Source: Candidatus Multivoradales bacterium
GTDB taxonomy: Bacteria; Acidobacteriota; Thermoanaerobaculia; Multivoradales; JAHEKO01
Assembly (NCBI GenBank): GCA_965223855.1
Contig: CBDCXM010000009.1
Span: forward strand, 608,001 to 672,000
DNA: 64,000 nt
Direction: 5' to 3'
The position numbers were made by a program, and so were the translations under genes. Positions within the stretch are counted from its first letter, which is position 1; the number at the start of each line of letters is the position of its first letter. This document shows positions 38,476 through 48,318 of the stretch, piece by piece. The notes beneath the pieces were generated by a model that was given only the letters and a program-made list of their open reading frames with translations, made no database searches and was not told where the DNA came from.

Positions 38476-39236
38476 GGGTCCGTCTCCGTGGATTCGTGAG
38501 TCGCCTCTTCGGCGTTCTCAAGCAGGGACGCAGCCGAGTCCCACAAGGTTCCCAATCGTGATCCGGCCTCCTCCCACCATCCCTTCGCCTGCACCGCCGC
38601 CTCCTCGATCTCGGTCGCCGTCGACGACGCGCGAACGCGTTCGGTCCCCTGCCGCGTCAGCTCGGCGGCACGCTCCGGGACCGCGGCGAGCGGTGTCCCG
38701 GTAGCGCCGAGGAACACCACCACGAACAGCACTCCGACATAGGCGGCTTCGATAGCGAAGCGCGGACGGCGCACCCAGCGTGGCCAACTCTCGGCCCACC
38801 AGCGACGCGCCTTGATCGACCACGGCAGGGTCGCCGCCAGCACCTCGTCGACGAAGTCCCCGCCCGGATCGAGTTCGGCGAGCCAGGGCAGCTCGACCGC
38901 CAGGCGGGCGAGGGTGCGACGCAACTCCCGGCACGTGCCGCACCCCGCGGCATGCTCCTCGAGCAGAGCGGCATCGAGACGCTCGAGCGCACCGTCGATC
39001 TCCGCCGCCGCGAGCCGTCGCGCGGCCTCACAGCCGTCACCGGTCGCCGCCAGCACCGACGGCGCGAGATCGACCGGCTGCTCGTCATCCGTCATCGGCT
39101 CGAGCCGCGCCAGGCGCAGCAGCTCACCACAGCTCTCGCACCCGGCCGCGTGGTGCTCGCAGGCCGCGAGCTCGTGTCCGTCGAGTACACCCGCCTCGAG
39201 GGCCGCCAGTCGCAGCTCGAATCGACGGCAGTCCAT
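38472..39236 (-). CDS. Anti-sigma factor with two zf-HC2 (ZAS) domains
   Basis: HAAGCESC and HAAGCGTC, then a TM segment. Confidence 0.85.
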   Translation of the reverse strand: MDCRRFELRLAALEAGVLDGHELAACEHHAAGCESCGELLRLARLEPMTDDEQPVDLAPSVLAATGDGCEAARRLAAAEIDGALERLDAALLEEHAAGCGTCRELRRTLARLAVELPWLAELDPGGDFVDEVLAATLPWSIKARRWWAESWPRWVRRPRFAIEAAYVGVLFVVVFLGATGTPLAAVPERAAELTRQGTERVRASSTATEIEEAAVQAKGWWEEAGSRLGTLWDSAASLLENAEEATHESTETDP

Positions 39237-39805
39237 CAGAGCGCCGCTCCGAAATCGGGATCGAGCCGGCGCACCAGATCGGCCAGTTCGAGCCGTGCAC
39301 GGTGAGAACGGGACTTGACGGTGCCGAGCGGCAGGCCGAGCATCTCGGCGATCTCGGCGAGCTTGAGCTCCTGGATGTCCTTGAGCTGGATCATCTCCCG
39401 GCTCTGTTCGCTCATCTCGCCCATGGCGCGGTAGAGGAGCGCCTTGCGGTCGCCCGCCATCGACTCGGCCTCCGGGGTCGGCTCGGAGGTCGGAAGCTGC
39501 GGAGCCTCTTCCACCGGCACTTCATGCTCCGGGGTTCGCACCTTGAGCCGTCGCAGACGGTCGATGCAGGAGTTGCGCGCCAGACGCAGCAGCCACGGCA
39601 TGAAGATCGCTTCGTCGTCGAGCCGATGGAGGTTGCGATACACCTTGACGAAGATCTCCTGCGCCGCGTCGCGCGCCTCTTCCCGGTCGCGCATGTAGGA
39701 GTAGGCGACGGCGTAGATCCGCCCCTGGGTGCGGCGCACCAGCGCCTCCCAGGCGAGGTCGTCGCCCCCCTTGCAGCGCTCGATCAGGTCTGAGACGTCG
39801 ATCAA
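39236..39805 (-). CDS. ECF RNA polymerase sigma factor
   Basis: TTG start after GGAGGAGG; DAAQEIF, WLLRLARN, GTVKSR. Confidence 0.9.
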   Translation of the reverse strand: MIDVSDLIERCKGGDDLAWEALVRRTQGRIYAVAYSYMRDREEARDAAQEIFVKVYRNLHRLDDEAIFMPWLLRLARNSCIDRLRRLKVRTPEHEVPVEEAPQLPTSEPTPEAESMAGDRKALLYRAMGEMSEQSREMIQLKDIQELKLAEIAEMLGLPLGTVKSRSHRARLELADLVRRLDPDFGAAL

Positions 39806-39856
39806 CGGCTTCGAGCCTCCTCCTCCGCCACCACTGGCGGAACCGGTTGTCCACAC

Positions 39857-39883
39857 AGACGCACCGGCTGCGGGAAAGGTTCC
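39857..39883 (-). promoter_or_regulatory. Autoregulatory ECF promoter
   Basis: Minus strand GGAACC-N16-CGTCT. Confidence 0.75.
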
Positions 39884-39890
39884 ATCGTTC

Positions 39891-40703
39891 TCACGACGAC
39901 CGCCTCACGAGGCGTGACCTGAGGAACTGGTGGTCGCGCGAGAACAGTCGCCGGTAGGCCAGGAGCGTCACCACGACGGTGCCCAGAGCGGTGGACGTTG
40001 CGATCAGGAACATGATCATCACCTGGTACTTGACCGCTTCGACCGGCGAGACGCCGGAGAGCAGTTGCCCGGTCATCATGCCGGGCAGGCTGACGATACC
40101 GACCACCATCATAGAGTTGGTGATCGGCACGAGGCCGGTGCGGGTCGCCGATCGAAGCGGCTCGGCTGCCGATTCCCACCGGGTAGCGCCGAGCGCCAGC
40201 AGACCATCGACCCTTTCGCGGCCGGTCGCCAGCTCCTCCCCGAGTCGCTCGAGTCCCAGGGAGACGCCGTTCAGCGAGTTGCCGAGCATCATGCCCAGCA
40301 GCGGGATGGCGTACTGCGGCAGGTACCACGGCTCCGGGCGCACGATCGCCGTCAACGCCAGCGCGGTGACCGCCCAGGACGACAGGGTCATCGCCAGCAG
40401 GCCGTCGAGCCACACTCCACGATAGCGGCGGCTGACGTTGCCGATCGCCGCCCGACCCGCCGCCAGCACCATCACCATCGCGATCCCCACAACCGCGTAC
40501 CAGCGATCGAGGCCGAAGACCCACTCGAGAACCAGTCCGACGAGCAGCAGCTGCACGATCGTGCGCACCGCCGCGATCAGAAGCCGGCGCTCGATGCCGA
40601 GTCGCAGCGCCATCGACAGGCCGGCGTTGAGGAGAATCAAAGCCGCGGCCAGGCCGAGCCGGCCGTACGAGAGCTCCAGATAGGAGGCCGAGGCGGCGTT
40701 CAC
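39891..40703 (-). CDS. fetB: ABC transporter permease, FetB/YbbM family
   Basis: RTIVQLLLVG, PQYAIPLLGMMLGNSLN, GIVSLPGMMTGQLL, AVKYQ. Confidence 0.85.
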   Translation of the reverse strand: MNAASASYLELSYGRLGLAAALILLNAGLSMALRLGIERRLLIAAVRTIVQLLLVGLVLEWVFGLDRWYAVVGIAMVMVLAAGRAAIGNVSRRYRGVWLDGLLAMTLSSWAVTALALTAIVRPEPWYLPQYAIPLLGMMLGNSLNGVSLGLERLGEELATGRERVDGLLALGATRWESAAEPLRSATRTGLVPITNSMMVVGIVSLPGMMTGQLLSGVSPVEAVKYQVMIMFLIATSTALGTVVVTLLAYRRLFSRDHQFLRSRLVRRSS

Positions 40704-41395
40704 GGCTCGAGACCTCCCCCGTCGATCCTCAATCTCCGGTCGCACAGGCGCTCGAGCTGAGCCGGGTCGTGGCTGACCCAGATCCAGGCGCGCCCCGGGC
40801 CATCGGTGATCCAGCTCTCGAGGTGATCCTCGACCCGCCCGCGGGTCTCCGGGTCCATCGCCGCCGTCGGCTCGTCGAGCAGCAGCACCTCGGGATCGAC
40901 CAGCAACGTGCGCACGAGCGCCAGGAGCTGGCCCTCGCCGCCGGAGAGGTGCGTCCCATCCACGTCGAGGAAGCGCTCCTCGCGACCGAGCGCCGCCACC
41001 ATCGCCGCCGCCCGGGCTCGATCGAAGAATGCGCCCTGCGCCGTGGCGAGCCGCCAAGGATCCTCGAGCTGCTCGACCACCGGCCGGTCGTCGAGCATCG
41101 GTCGCTGGGGGAGGTAGGCGACCCGGCGGCGGAAGGCGGGCAGCAGGTCGCCCGACACCGATCGACCTTGCCACTCGATCCGGCCCGCGGTCAGCGGATC
41201 GAGCTGCACCAGCGCGCGCAGGAGCACCGACTTGCCGGAGCCGGACGGCCCTTCGAGAGCCACGCGGTCTCCCCCCCTGAGGGCCAGATCGGTCGGCAGG
41301 AGCAACCGTTCGCCGGCATCCCCTCGTCGTTCGATCGCCGTCGCTTCGAGCACAGCCGGATTGTCCCCCAGCCGCACCGTGTCTGCCATCGCCAC
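40700..41395 (-). CDS. ABC transporter ATP-binding protein, FetA/YbbL-like
   Basis: GPSGSGKS, LSGGE, LLLDEPT, VSHD. Confidence 0.88.
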   Translation of the reverse strand: MAMADTVRLGDNPAVLEATAIERRGDAGERLLLPTDLALRGGDRVALEGPSGSGKSVLLRALVQLDPLTAGRIEWQGRSVSGDLLPAFRRRVAYLPQRPMLDDRPVVEQLEDPWRLATAQGAFFDRARAAAMVAALGREERFLDVDGTHLSGGEGQLLALVRTLLVDPEVLLLDEPTAAMDPETRGRVEDHLESWITDGPGRAWIWVSHDPAQLERLCDRRLRIDGGGLEP

Positions 41396-41464
41396 GGAAC
41401 CGCGACGCGCCCGGCGGTATTCTCAGGAGACCGCTCCCCTCGCCGACACTCTTTTCGAGCGCCG

Positions 41465-43126
41465 ATGCCGACGCCACGATCTCCGACCGCCCGTGCGCTC
41501 CGGCGCGACTCGAAGTGGCTCGTGGTCGCAGCGATGATCTTTCTCGGTGTCGGGCTCGGCGCGCGCGACTTGTGGAACCCGAACGAGCCGACCTACGGCC
41601 GCATCGTCGTCGAGACCCTCGAGGGCGGCCACTGGATCGTCCCCCAGCTCAACGGCCGCGACTTCGTCGAGAAGCCGGTCCTCCTCTACTGGATGGCTGC
41701 CGGTGTCTCGCACCTTGCGGGCGGGGTCAGCGAGGTGACCGTGCGCCTGCCGGTGTGCCTCGCCGGCGTCGTCTCGACGGCACTGCTGTTCGTCGTCGTC
41801 GCCCTCTATGACGGTCGGCGGCGCGCCTGGTTGGCGGCCGCTTGTTTCGTCACTACCTACGCAGTCTGGTTCAACGCCCGCAACGCGCAGATGGACTCGT
41901 TCGTCCTGCTCGGCACCCTCGGCGCTGTGGTCCCGCTGGCGCTGCGGCTCGACGCCGAGCGTCTCGGCCTTCGACTCAGTGGCCGCTCGGCCTGGCTGGT
42001 CGCCGGCTGTGGTGCCGGCCTCGGGTTCGCCGGCAAGGGGCCGGTGTCGATCGTCGTGCCCGGCCTGATCCTTTCGGCCTATCTGGTCGCCCGCCGCCAG
42101 GATTGGCGGCGCCTGCTGCCGGGACTCGGATGGGGCTTCGCCGTCTTCCTCCTGCTGGCGACGCCGGCCTACCTGCTGCTGTGGCTCGACGGCCGGAGCG
42201 ACGCGCTCCACGAGATGCTCCTGCGTCAGAACTTCTCGCGCTTCGTCGATGCGTGGGACCACGACCAGCCGTGGTGGTACTACCTGAAGTACCACTGGAT
42301 GACCTTCGTACCGTGGTCGTGGCTGGTGCCGGCAGCGATCGTCGACGGCTGGAGCCGCCGGCGCCGAGGCGAGCTGAGGCCGGGGGAGCGCCTCACCTGG
42401 CTGTGGTGGCTCGTCCCGCTGCTGTTCTTCTCGCTCTCGGACAGCAAGCGCGAGCCGTACATGCTGCCTGCAGCGCCGGCGATCGCCTGGCTCGCCGCCG
42501 GAGTCACGGAGAGGCTCGTCGCCGGCTGTCTCGGCCGGTGGTCGAGGATGCTGCTCCTGACGGCGGTGGCGAGCCTCGGTCTGTTGCTGACCCTCGCCGC
42601 GCTCGCTCTGCCGCAGATCGCCCAACGCATGGAGCTGCCGGCCGGACTGTCGGTGCCGCTGAGCTCGACCGTGATCGCCTTTCTCGGCGGCATCGTGCTG
42701 TTCCCGCTCCTCCAGCACCGCACCCGCCGCTTCGCGCCCATCGCCCTCGCCGGCGCGTTTGCCGGGCTCTACCTGCTGATCGCCCTTCATCTTCATACGG
42801 CGGTCGATCCCGTGAAGTCGTCGCGCGAGCTCGCCGAGCGGCTGCGCCGCGAACTGCCGCGGGGAGCGGTACTCACCAGCTACCTGCCGCTCAACGGCCA
42901 TGTCCGCGGCGGCTATGCGTTCTACCTCGAGAGATCGATCCCGAACGCCGTGACGGTCGCCGAGCTGGAGTCCCATTGGGGCGCCTCTCCGCTCGCCTGC
43001 GTGCTGTGGGACGAGGCCGAGCACGACGACTTCATCGCGGCCCTTCCCGGGAGCGAGCGCCGGATCGATCACGTGGAGGGCAGCCGGAAGGTGCGCGTCG
43101 CGTGCAAAGGCGAGGCTCGGAGTTGA
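41465..43126 (+). CDS. ArnT/PMT (GT-C) family glycosyltransferase
   Basis: LWNPNEPTY, EKPVLLYW, KGP, HDQPWWYY, SKREPYMLP. Confidence 0.88.
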   Translation: MPTPRSPTARALRRDSKWLVVAAMIFLGVGLGARDLWNPNEPTYGRIVVETLEGGHWIVPQLNGRDFVEKPVLLYWMAAGVSHLAGGVSEVTVRLPVCLAGVVSTALLFVVVALYDGRRRAWLAAACFVTTYAVWFNARNAQMDSFVLLGTLGAVVPLALRLDAERLGLRLSGRSAWLVAGCGAGLGFAGKGPVSIVVPGLILSAYLVARRQDWRRLLPGLGWGFAVFLLLATPAYLLLWLDGRSDALHEMLLRQNFSRFVDAWDHDQPWWYYLKYHWMTFVPWSWLVPAAIVDGWSRRRRGELRPGERLTWLWWLVPLLFFSLSDSKREPYMLPAAPAIAWLAAGVTERLVAGCLGRWSRMLLLTAVASLGLLLTLAALALPQIAQRMELPAGLSVPLSSTVIAFLGGIVLFPLLQHRTRRFAPIALAGAFAGLYLLIALHLHTAVDPVKSSRELAERLRRELPRGAVLTSYLPLNGHVRGGYAFYLERSIPNAVTVAELESHWGASPLACVLWDEAEHDDFIAALPGSERRIDHVEGSRKVRVACKGEARS

Positions 43127-43845
43127 GCTTGGCGCCGGAGGTCTCGGTCGTAGAGGTCTCGGTCGTAGTGCCGGCCCTCAACGAGGCACACACCATCGCC
43201 GCCTCCCTCGAGCGGATCTCCCGCTACCTCGGTGCTCGCCCGGGCGGCTACGAGGTGCTCGTCGTCGACGACGGCTCGACGGATGCCACAGCCGAGCTGG
43301 TCGCGGCCCACGACGACCGGGCCGCCCGGCTCCTGCGGCAGCCTGGGAACCGTGGCAAGGGTGCAGCGCTGCGCCGCGGCGTCGCGGACTCGGTCGGCCG
43401 GCGGGTCCTGCTGTGCGACGCCGATCTCTCGACGCCGATTCGCGAACTCGAGCGTCTCGAGCCGAGTCTCGAAGAGGCAGGCCTCGTCCTCGGCAGTCGG
43501 CGGCTGCCCGACTCCCGGCTCGAGCGCAAGCTCGCACGCCGGGCGGCGAGCTGGATGTTCAACTCCGCCGTCCACCTGATGGGACTTTGCCGTGGGGTAC
43601 GCGACACGCAGTGCGGCTTCAAGCTGCTCGACGGCGAGGCGGCGCGCGGCCTCTTTCCCCGACTCACCCTCGACGGCTTCGCCTTCGATCTCGAGCTGAT
43701 CGAGCTCGCCCGGCGCGAGGGGGTCGGCGTCGTCGAGGTCGGCGTCAAGTGGAACGACACCGCCGAGTCGACCGTCCGGCCGCTGCGCGACGGCGCGGCG
43801 ATGCTGCGCGATGCCCTCGCGGTGCGACGGCGACTCAGGAGCTGA
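43123..43845 (+). CDS. GT2 polyprenyl-phosphate glycosyltransferase
   Basis: SVVVPALNE, VVDDGSTD, NRGKG, DAD, DTQCGFK. Confidence 0.9.
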   Translation: MSLAPEVSVVEVSVVVPALNEAHTIAASLERISRYLGARPGGYEVLVVDDGSTDATAELVAAHDDRAARLLRQPGNRGKGAALRRGVADSVGRRVLLCDADLSTPIRELERLEPSLEEAGLVLGSRRLPDSRLERKLARRAASWMFNSAVHLMGLCRGVRDTQCGFKLLDGEAARGLFPRLTLDGFAFDLELIELARREGVGVVEVGVKWNDTAESTVRPLRDGAAMLRDALAVRRRLRS

Positions 43846-44410
43846 GTGCGCCGACGAAGGCGTCGGTGTCGTCGGCGACCGCCTCCGCCACCAGTCGGTC
43901 GAGCTTGCCCGCGAGATCGATCACCGTCAGCTCCCAGGCATCGAGCTCGACGATGTAGAGGTTCCTGATCGAGCCGTCTTCGTCGTGCCTGAGGTAGATC
44001 CAGGTCTGCGAATCGAGCTCACGGGTGCGCACCATCGCCGACCAACCCTGCGCCTCGAGCGCCTTCTCCAGCTGGGCCGGGATCCGCAACTCGTCGATGC
44101 CGGGACCGGCCGGGCCGGTCTCCGCGGTGTCGGGCGTAACGACCTCGTAGCTGGCGATATCCACCCGTCGGACTCGCGACAGGGCTCGCCGCGTCTCGCG
44201 GTCGTCCGCCGCGACCAGCTTCATGGCGCCCCTGGCGAGCGCGAAGGTGAAGCGGCCGAGCCGGACCCGCGACTCGCGACGCAGCTCAGTGCCGGGGATC
44301 GATCGCTCCACATAGCGGGCAACCGCGTCGGCGCTCGGCGGCTTGCTGCCGTCGCAGGCGACCAAAAAGAGAGTCGCGAGGACGACGGCAGAAGTGGCGA
44401 AGCGCTTCAC
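43835..44410 (-). CDS. DUF4252-like lipoprotein
   Basis: Lipobox LVAC; GWSAMVRTRE; VIDLAGKLD. Confidence 0.7.
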   Translation of the reverse strand: MKRFATSAVVLATLFLVACDGSKPPSADAVARYVERSIPGTELRRESRVRLGRFTFALARGAMKLVAADDRETRRALSRVRRVDIASYEVVTPDTAETGPAGPGIDELRIPAQLEKALEAQGWSAMVRTRELDSQTWIYLRHDEDGSIRNLYIVELDAWELTVIDLAGKLDRLVAEAVADDTDAFVGALSS

Positions 44411-44991
44411 GGCTCGATCTCCTCGAGTGGCGGCAGGTCTTCGAGACGATCGATGTCGACACCGTTGATATCGAAGCCCTCGATCAGCCGGGCGATCGTC
44501 TTCGGGTCGATGCGCCCGATCAGATTGACGACCGTCGCTTCGTTCTCCTCGAGGGCCAGCACCGTCAACCCCATCAGGGCGTCGTCCGCCGGCCGCGCAA
44601 ACACCCGCACCTCGGAGCCCGGCTCGCTGACGCGAACCATCGCCACCCACCCGTTGGCACCGAGCCATTCGCTACCGGCGTCGAAGCGCTCCCGCACTTC
44701 GTCGAGCCGCGCGGGCGAGAGCTCGCCACTGCGCACCCGCACCTCCTCGAGGTCGCCCACCAGGGCGGCGAACTCCGGTTCCGCGTCGCCGACGAAGGCC
44801 GACACCATGTTGAGCATGGCGCCGAAGAGGTTGATCTCGATGCTGACCTCGTCGCCGTCGAACAGTTCGAGGTATTCGGCCGGAAAGCTGCCGACGTGGC
44901 CCTCCGCCTGCGAGCGAGCGGCCGGCGCCGCGGCGAGCGAGAGGCCGAGCCATGCCGCTGCCCAGGCGATTCTCGGGAATCGTTTCGTCAC
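44407..44991 (-). CDS. DUF4252-like exported protein
   Basis: Signal peptide; IEINL, GWVAMVRV, VVNLIGRIDP. Confidence 0.75.
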   Translation of the reverse strand: MTKRFPRIAWAAAWLGLSLAAAPAARSQAEGHVGSFPAEYLELFDGDEVSIEINLFGAMLNMVSAFVGDAEPEFAALVGDLEEVRVRSGELSPARLDEVRERFDAGSEWLGANGWVAMVRVSEPGSEVRVFARPADDALMGLTVLALEENEATVVNLIGRIDPKTIARLIEGFDINGVDIDRLEDLPPLEEIEP

Positions 44992-44992
44992 T

Positions 44993-45610
44993 TCAACTCT
45001 CCTTCGTGCTGTTGGGCTGCGTGCGGTTGGGCTGCGTGGAGTTGGGGATGGCGCCGGTACGGCCGAAGCCGAGCGACCGATCGAGTCTTCGCAGCGCCGG
45101 GCCGACGAGCTCCGACGGATCGAGTTCGCGTCGCACGTCGTCTCCGGCGCGCTGCGACAGACGCGCAACGATGGCGAGCGCCTGGCGCATGTCGCGCTCG
45201 GCCGCCAGCAGCTCGGCACTGGGAGCGGCCGTACGAGGACCCGTCGCCACGACTTCGGGCGTGCTCGACGCATCCGTTTCCGGACCGCGAACGGTCGCGA
45301 ACCACGTCGACAGACCGAGAGCCACCAGAAGCGCGGCGGCGAGGCGGGGAAGCCACGTCACGGACTTGCGCTGCGACTCGCTTCGCGGCAACTCCCGCAG
45401 CCGTCGCGAGAGGTCGGCCGGCGGTTCGAACTGCGGTAGTGCGGCAAGCTCGTCGCGGATCCGTGCCGCCAGCCGAGCCTGCGCCTCGCACGACGAACAG
45501 CCGGCGAGGTGGCGGGCGAGGCTCTCCGCCTCCGCCGCCTCCATCAGGCCATCCGCCCACGCTTCGAGTCGCGGCTCGACCTCGGAGCAGTGCACCGCGC
45601 GCTCACTCAT
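44993..45610 (-). CDS. zf-HC2 anti-sigma factor
   Basis: HLAGCSSC plus TM segment. Confidence 0.82.
   Translation of the reverse strand: MSERAVHCSEVEPRLEAWADGLMEAAEAESLARHLAGCSSCEAQARLAARIRDELAALPQFEPPADLSRRLRELPRSESQRKSVTWLPRLAAALLVALGLSTWFATVRGPETDASSTPEVVATGPRTAAPSAELLAAERDMRQALAIVARLSQRAGDDVRRELDPSELVGPALRRLDRSLGFGRTGAIPNSTQPNRTQPNSTKES
45005..45047. repeat. Approximately 3 copies of a 15-bp tandem repeat in the anti-sigma C-terminus
   Basis: CGTGCTGTTGGGCTG CGTGCGGTTGGGCTG CGTGGAGTTGGGG, encoding PNSTQPNRTQPNST. Confidence 0.75.
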
Positions 45611-46118
45611 CGCCGTAGACCTTCGACAGTTCCTCCCGCAGCCGTTTGCGGCCACGGTGCAGATAGACCCGCACGCTGTTGAGCGGTACCTCGAGCGCCG
45701 CGGCGATGTCCGCGTAGGGGTAGCCGAGCACCTCGCGCAGCACCAGAGCGCTGCGGGTCGGTTCGGTCAGTCGCGCGAGGGCCGCCTGAAGCCGCCCCCG
45801 GAACTCGGTCGCCTCCGCCTCGTCGCTCGGCCCCGGCTCCCGGGCCTCGAACAGATCGGGGTCGCCGTCGCCGGTCGGCGCCACGTACTGTGCCGCCGTC
45901 CGCCGGCGGCGCAGCCGGTCGTAGCAGAGGTTGCGGGTCACCCTCGTGAGCCACGCCTCGACCCGCGGCAGATCGATCGACGACCAGTTGCGCCACAGCC
46001 GCAGGAACGCCTCCTGAGTGACGTCCTGCGCGGCCGCCAGATCGCCCAGCAGGTGACAGGCGTAGCTGTAGACGCGCTTCTCGCAAGCGTCGACTACCTC
46101 CTCGAACTGTCGTGACAT
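45603..46118 (-). CDS. ECF RNA polymerase sigma factor
   Basis: AQDVTQEAF, WLTRVTRN, YADIA...NSVRVYLHRGR. Confidence 0.9.
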   Translation of the reverse strand: MSRQFEEVVDACEKRVYSYACHLLGDLAAAQDVTQEAFLRLWRNWSSIDLPRVEAWLTRVTRNLCYDRLRRRRTAAQYVAPTGDGDPDLFEAREPGPSDEAEATEFRGRLQAALARLTEPTRSALVLREVLGYPYADIAAALEVPLNSVRVYLHRGRKRLREELSKVYGDE

Positions 46119-46130
46119 CCAGCCGTGCCA

Positions 46131-46823
46131 TCACTCGAGAACGACCCTGGCGTCTCCGATTCTCAGGCCGACGCGGATCGACGACTCGCCGACGCCCTCT
46201 TCCCAGCGAACCCGAGCGCCGATCAGCCGCTTGCGGCGGGTGTGCGCTCGGGCGCGCCCGCTGACGGTGGCGTCACCGATGCCGGTCTTCGCAGCCACGG
46301 CACCGAACAGCTCGTACGGCGCGTGCACCGTGAGGTCGCCGATCCCCATCGCCACGGCGAGGTCGCGATCGGGAGCGACGATGTCGACGTCGCCGATGCC
46401 GATGCGCGCCTCGAGCGGCGCCCACCGGGGAACGATCACCTCGCCCTCGAGCTGGAGCTTGCGCAACTTCCACTTCGGCAGCCCGACGAGTCGAACCTCA
46501 ACCACCCCGTCACGCACCTCTCCCTCGAGCCGCAGTCGCGAACGATACCGCTCACACAGGCGTTCGGAGAGCTTGCGGCAGGTGATGTCGAGCGTCGTCT
46601 CGACCGCAAAGACGTCGCGCGCCTCGATGCGGAGTGAGCCGACCGGAAAACGGACACGGACGGATTGCCCCCGCTCCACCGGTTGCAGGAACGGCGCCGA
46701 GGCTTCGACGTCGACGACGTCGCGGAAGGTCAGGCCTGGCGCCGTCTCGGGCGCCGTCTCGGCCGTGCACAGCGTCGCCGCGACGGTCAGGGTGAGGACT
46801 GTCAGGATCGTTCGTGCCTTCAT
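46131..46823 (-). CDS. Exported beta-repeat protein (DUF4097/adhesin-like)
   Basis: GGAGGAG RBS, signal peptide, repeated GIGD motifs. Confidence 0.7.
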   Translation of the reverse strand: MKARTILTVLTLTVAATLCTAETAPETAPGLTFRDVVDVEASAPFLQPVERGQSVRVRFPVGSLRIEARDVFAVETTLDITCRKLSERLCERYRSRLRLEGEVRDGVVEVRLVGLPKWKLRKLQLEGEVIVPRWAPLEARIGIGDVDIVAPDRDLAVAMGIGDLTVHAPYELFGAVAAKTGIGDATVSGRARAHTRRKRLIGARVRWEEGVGESSIRVGLRIGDARVVLE

Positions 46824-46842
46824 CGTCTCCTCCGGTGTGGCA

Positions 46843-46869
46843 TACGGCGACCGCCCCTCGGGAGTTACA
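46843..46869 (-). promoter_or_regulatory. Possible ECF promoter for the second sigma cluster
   Basis: Minus strand TGTAAC-N17-CGTA. Confidence 0.5.
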
Positions 46870-46914
46870 ACTGTTTCGGCACCGTCTTCGACCCGGCTGT
46901 GGCATCGTTGGGCC

Positions 46915-48219
46915 ATGATCCATCGTCTCCCTGCAGCAGCGCTCCTTCTCTGTGCCACCCTCCTGACCGCGTTCCCCGCCGGCGCCGAGCTCTCACCCGC
47001 CGAAGAAGCGCTCGTCGACGCTATCGCGAGCCGCGAAGCGGCGGCTCTCGAGCTGCTGGAGACGAGCGTCAACATCAACAGCGGGACGCTCCACTTCGAC
47101 GGCGTTCGTGCCGTCGGCGAGCTGTTTGCGGCACCCTTCGAGGCACTCGGCTTCGAGACGCGCTGGATCGACGGCGCACCGTTCGGGCGTGCCGGTCACC
47201 TGATCGCCGAGCGGCCCGGGGCCGGCCCGACGGTGCTGCTCATCGGGCACCTCGACACCGTGTTCGAGCCCTCGAGCCCGTTCCAGCGCTACGAGCGCCT
47301 GCCCGGCAACGAAGCGAGCGGTCCGGGAGTCACGGACATGAAGGGCGGCAACGTCGTCATGCTGCTGGCACTCGAAGCGCTCGACACCGTCGGAGCCCTC
47401 GACGACCTCGATCTGCGGGTCGTCCTGACCGGCGACGAGGAGAAGAGCGGCCGGCCGCTCGAGCTCGCCCGGGCGCCCCTGATCGAGGCGGCCCGCGGCG
47501 CCGACTACGCGCTCGGCTTCGAGGACGGTGACAGCAATCCGGCCACCGCAGTGGTCGCGAGGCGCGGCTCGACCCAGTGGCAGCTGAAGGTGAGCGGCAC
47601 CGCCGCCCATTCGTCCCAGATCTTCCAGCCCGAGGTCGGGGCCGGTGCGATTCTCGGGACGGCGCACCTGCTCGACCTCTTCCGGCAGCGACTCGAGGCG
47701 TTCGATGACCTCACGTTCAGCCCGGGACGGATCGTCGGCGGCACCGACGTGACCGACGACCCGGCGCAGTCGAGCGGCACCGCGTTCGGCAAGAGCAACG
47801 TCGTCGCCGCGGCGGCGATCGTCACCGGCGACCTTCGCGCGCTGTCGCCGGAGCAGTACTCCGACGCGACCGAAGCGATGCGGGCGGCAACCGGGGAGGC
47901 GCTCCCGGGCACGCGCGCCGAGGTCGAGTTTTCGCCCGGCTATCCGCCGATGGCGGCGACCGAGGGAAACCGGGCGCTCCTGGGTCGCTTCGACGAGGCG
48001 AGCCGGGATCTCGGCCACGGTCCGGTGGCAGCCGTCGATCCAAGACGGGCAGGAGCCGCGGACATCTCGTTCGTCGCCTCGCTGGTGCCTCAGTGTCTCG
48101 ACGGCATCGGCCTCATGGGGCGGGGCGGGCACACGGTGGACGAGGTCGCCGACCTCGACACCCTGACGGTGCAGGCGGAACGCGCTGCCGTCCTCCTCTA
48201 CCGGCTCAGCCGCCGCTAG
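46915..48219 (+). CDS. M20/M25/M40 metallopeptidase (carboxypeptidase G2-like)
   Basis: Signal peptide; GHLDTV, GPGVTDMKGG, DEE, GGHT. Confidence 0.88.
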   Translation: MIHRLPAAALLLCATLLTAFPAGAELSPAEEALVDAIASREAAALELLETSVNINSGTLHFDGVRAVGELFAAPFEALGFETRWIDGAPFGRAGHLIAERPGAGPTVLLIGHLDTVFEPSSPFQRYERLPGNEASGPGVTDMKGGNVVMLLALEALDTVGALDDLDLRVVLTGDEEKSGRPLELARAPLIEAARGADYALGFEDGDSNPATAVVARRGSTQWQLKVSGTAAHSSQIFQPEVGAGAILGTAHLLDLFRQRLEAFDDLTFSPGRIVGGTDVTDDPAQSSGTAFGKSNVVAAAAIVTGDLRALSPEQYSDATEAMRAATGEALPGTRAEVEFSPGYPPMAATEGNRALLGRFDEASRDLGHGPVAAVDPRRAGAADISFVASLVPQCLDGIGLMGRGGHTVDEVADLDTLTVQAERAAVLLYRLSRR

Positions 48220-48233
48220 CTGGCAAGGCCGGC

Positions 48234-48247
48234 GTGACAGTTGTCAC
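48234..48247. promoter_or_regulatory. DesR/NarL-type operator
   Basis: GTGACA-gt-TGTCAC palindrome upstream of the ABC/two-component operon; weaker second site GTGACG at 48256. Confidence 0.7.
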
Positions 48248-48318
48248 CCGAAGTGGTGACGAACGGCCCTGCCGCAGGGCGACGCCGGTGGGCACTCTAG
48301 GGTCGAAAGGAGCCCACC

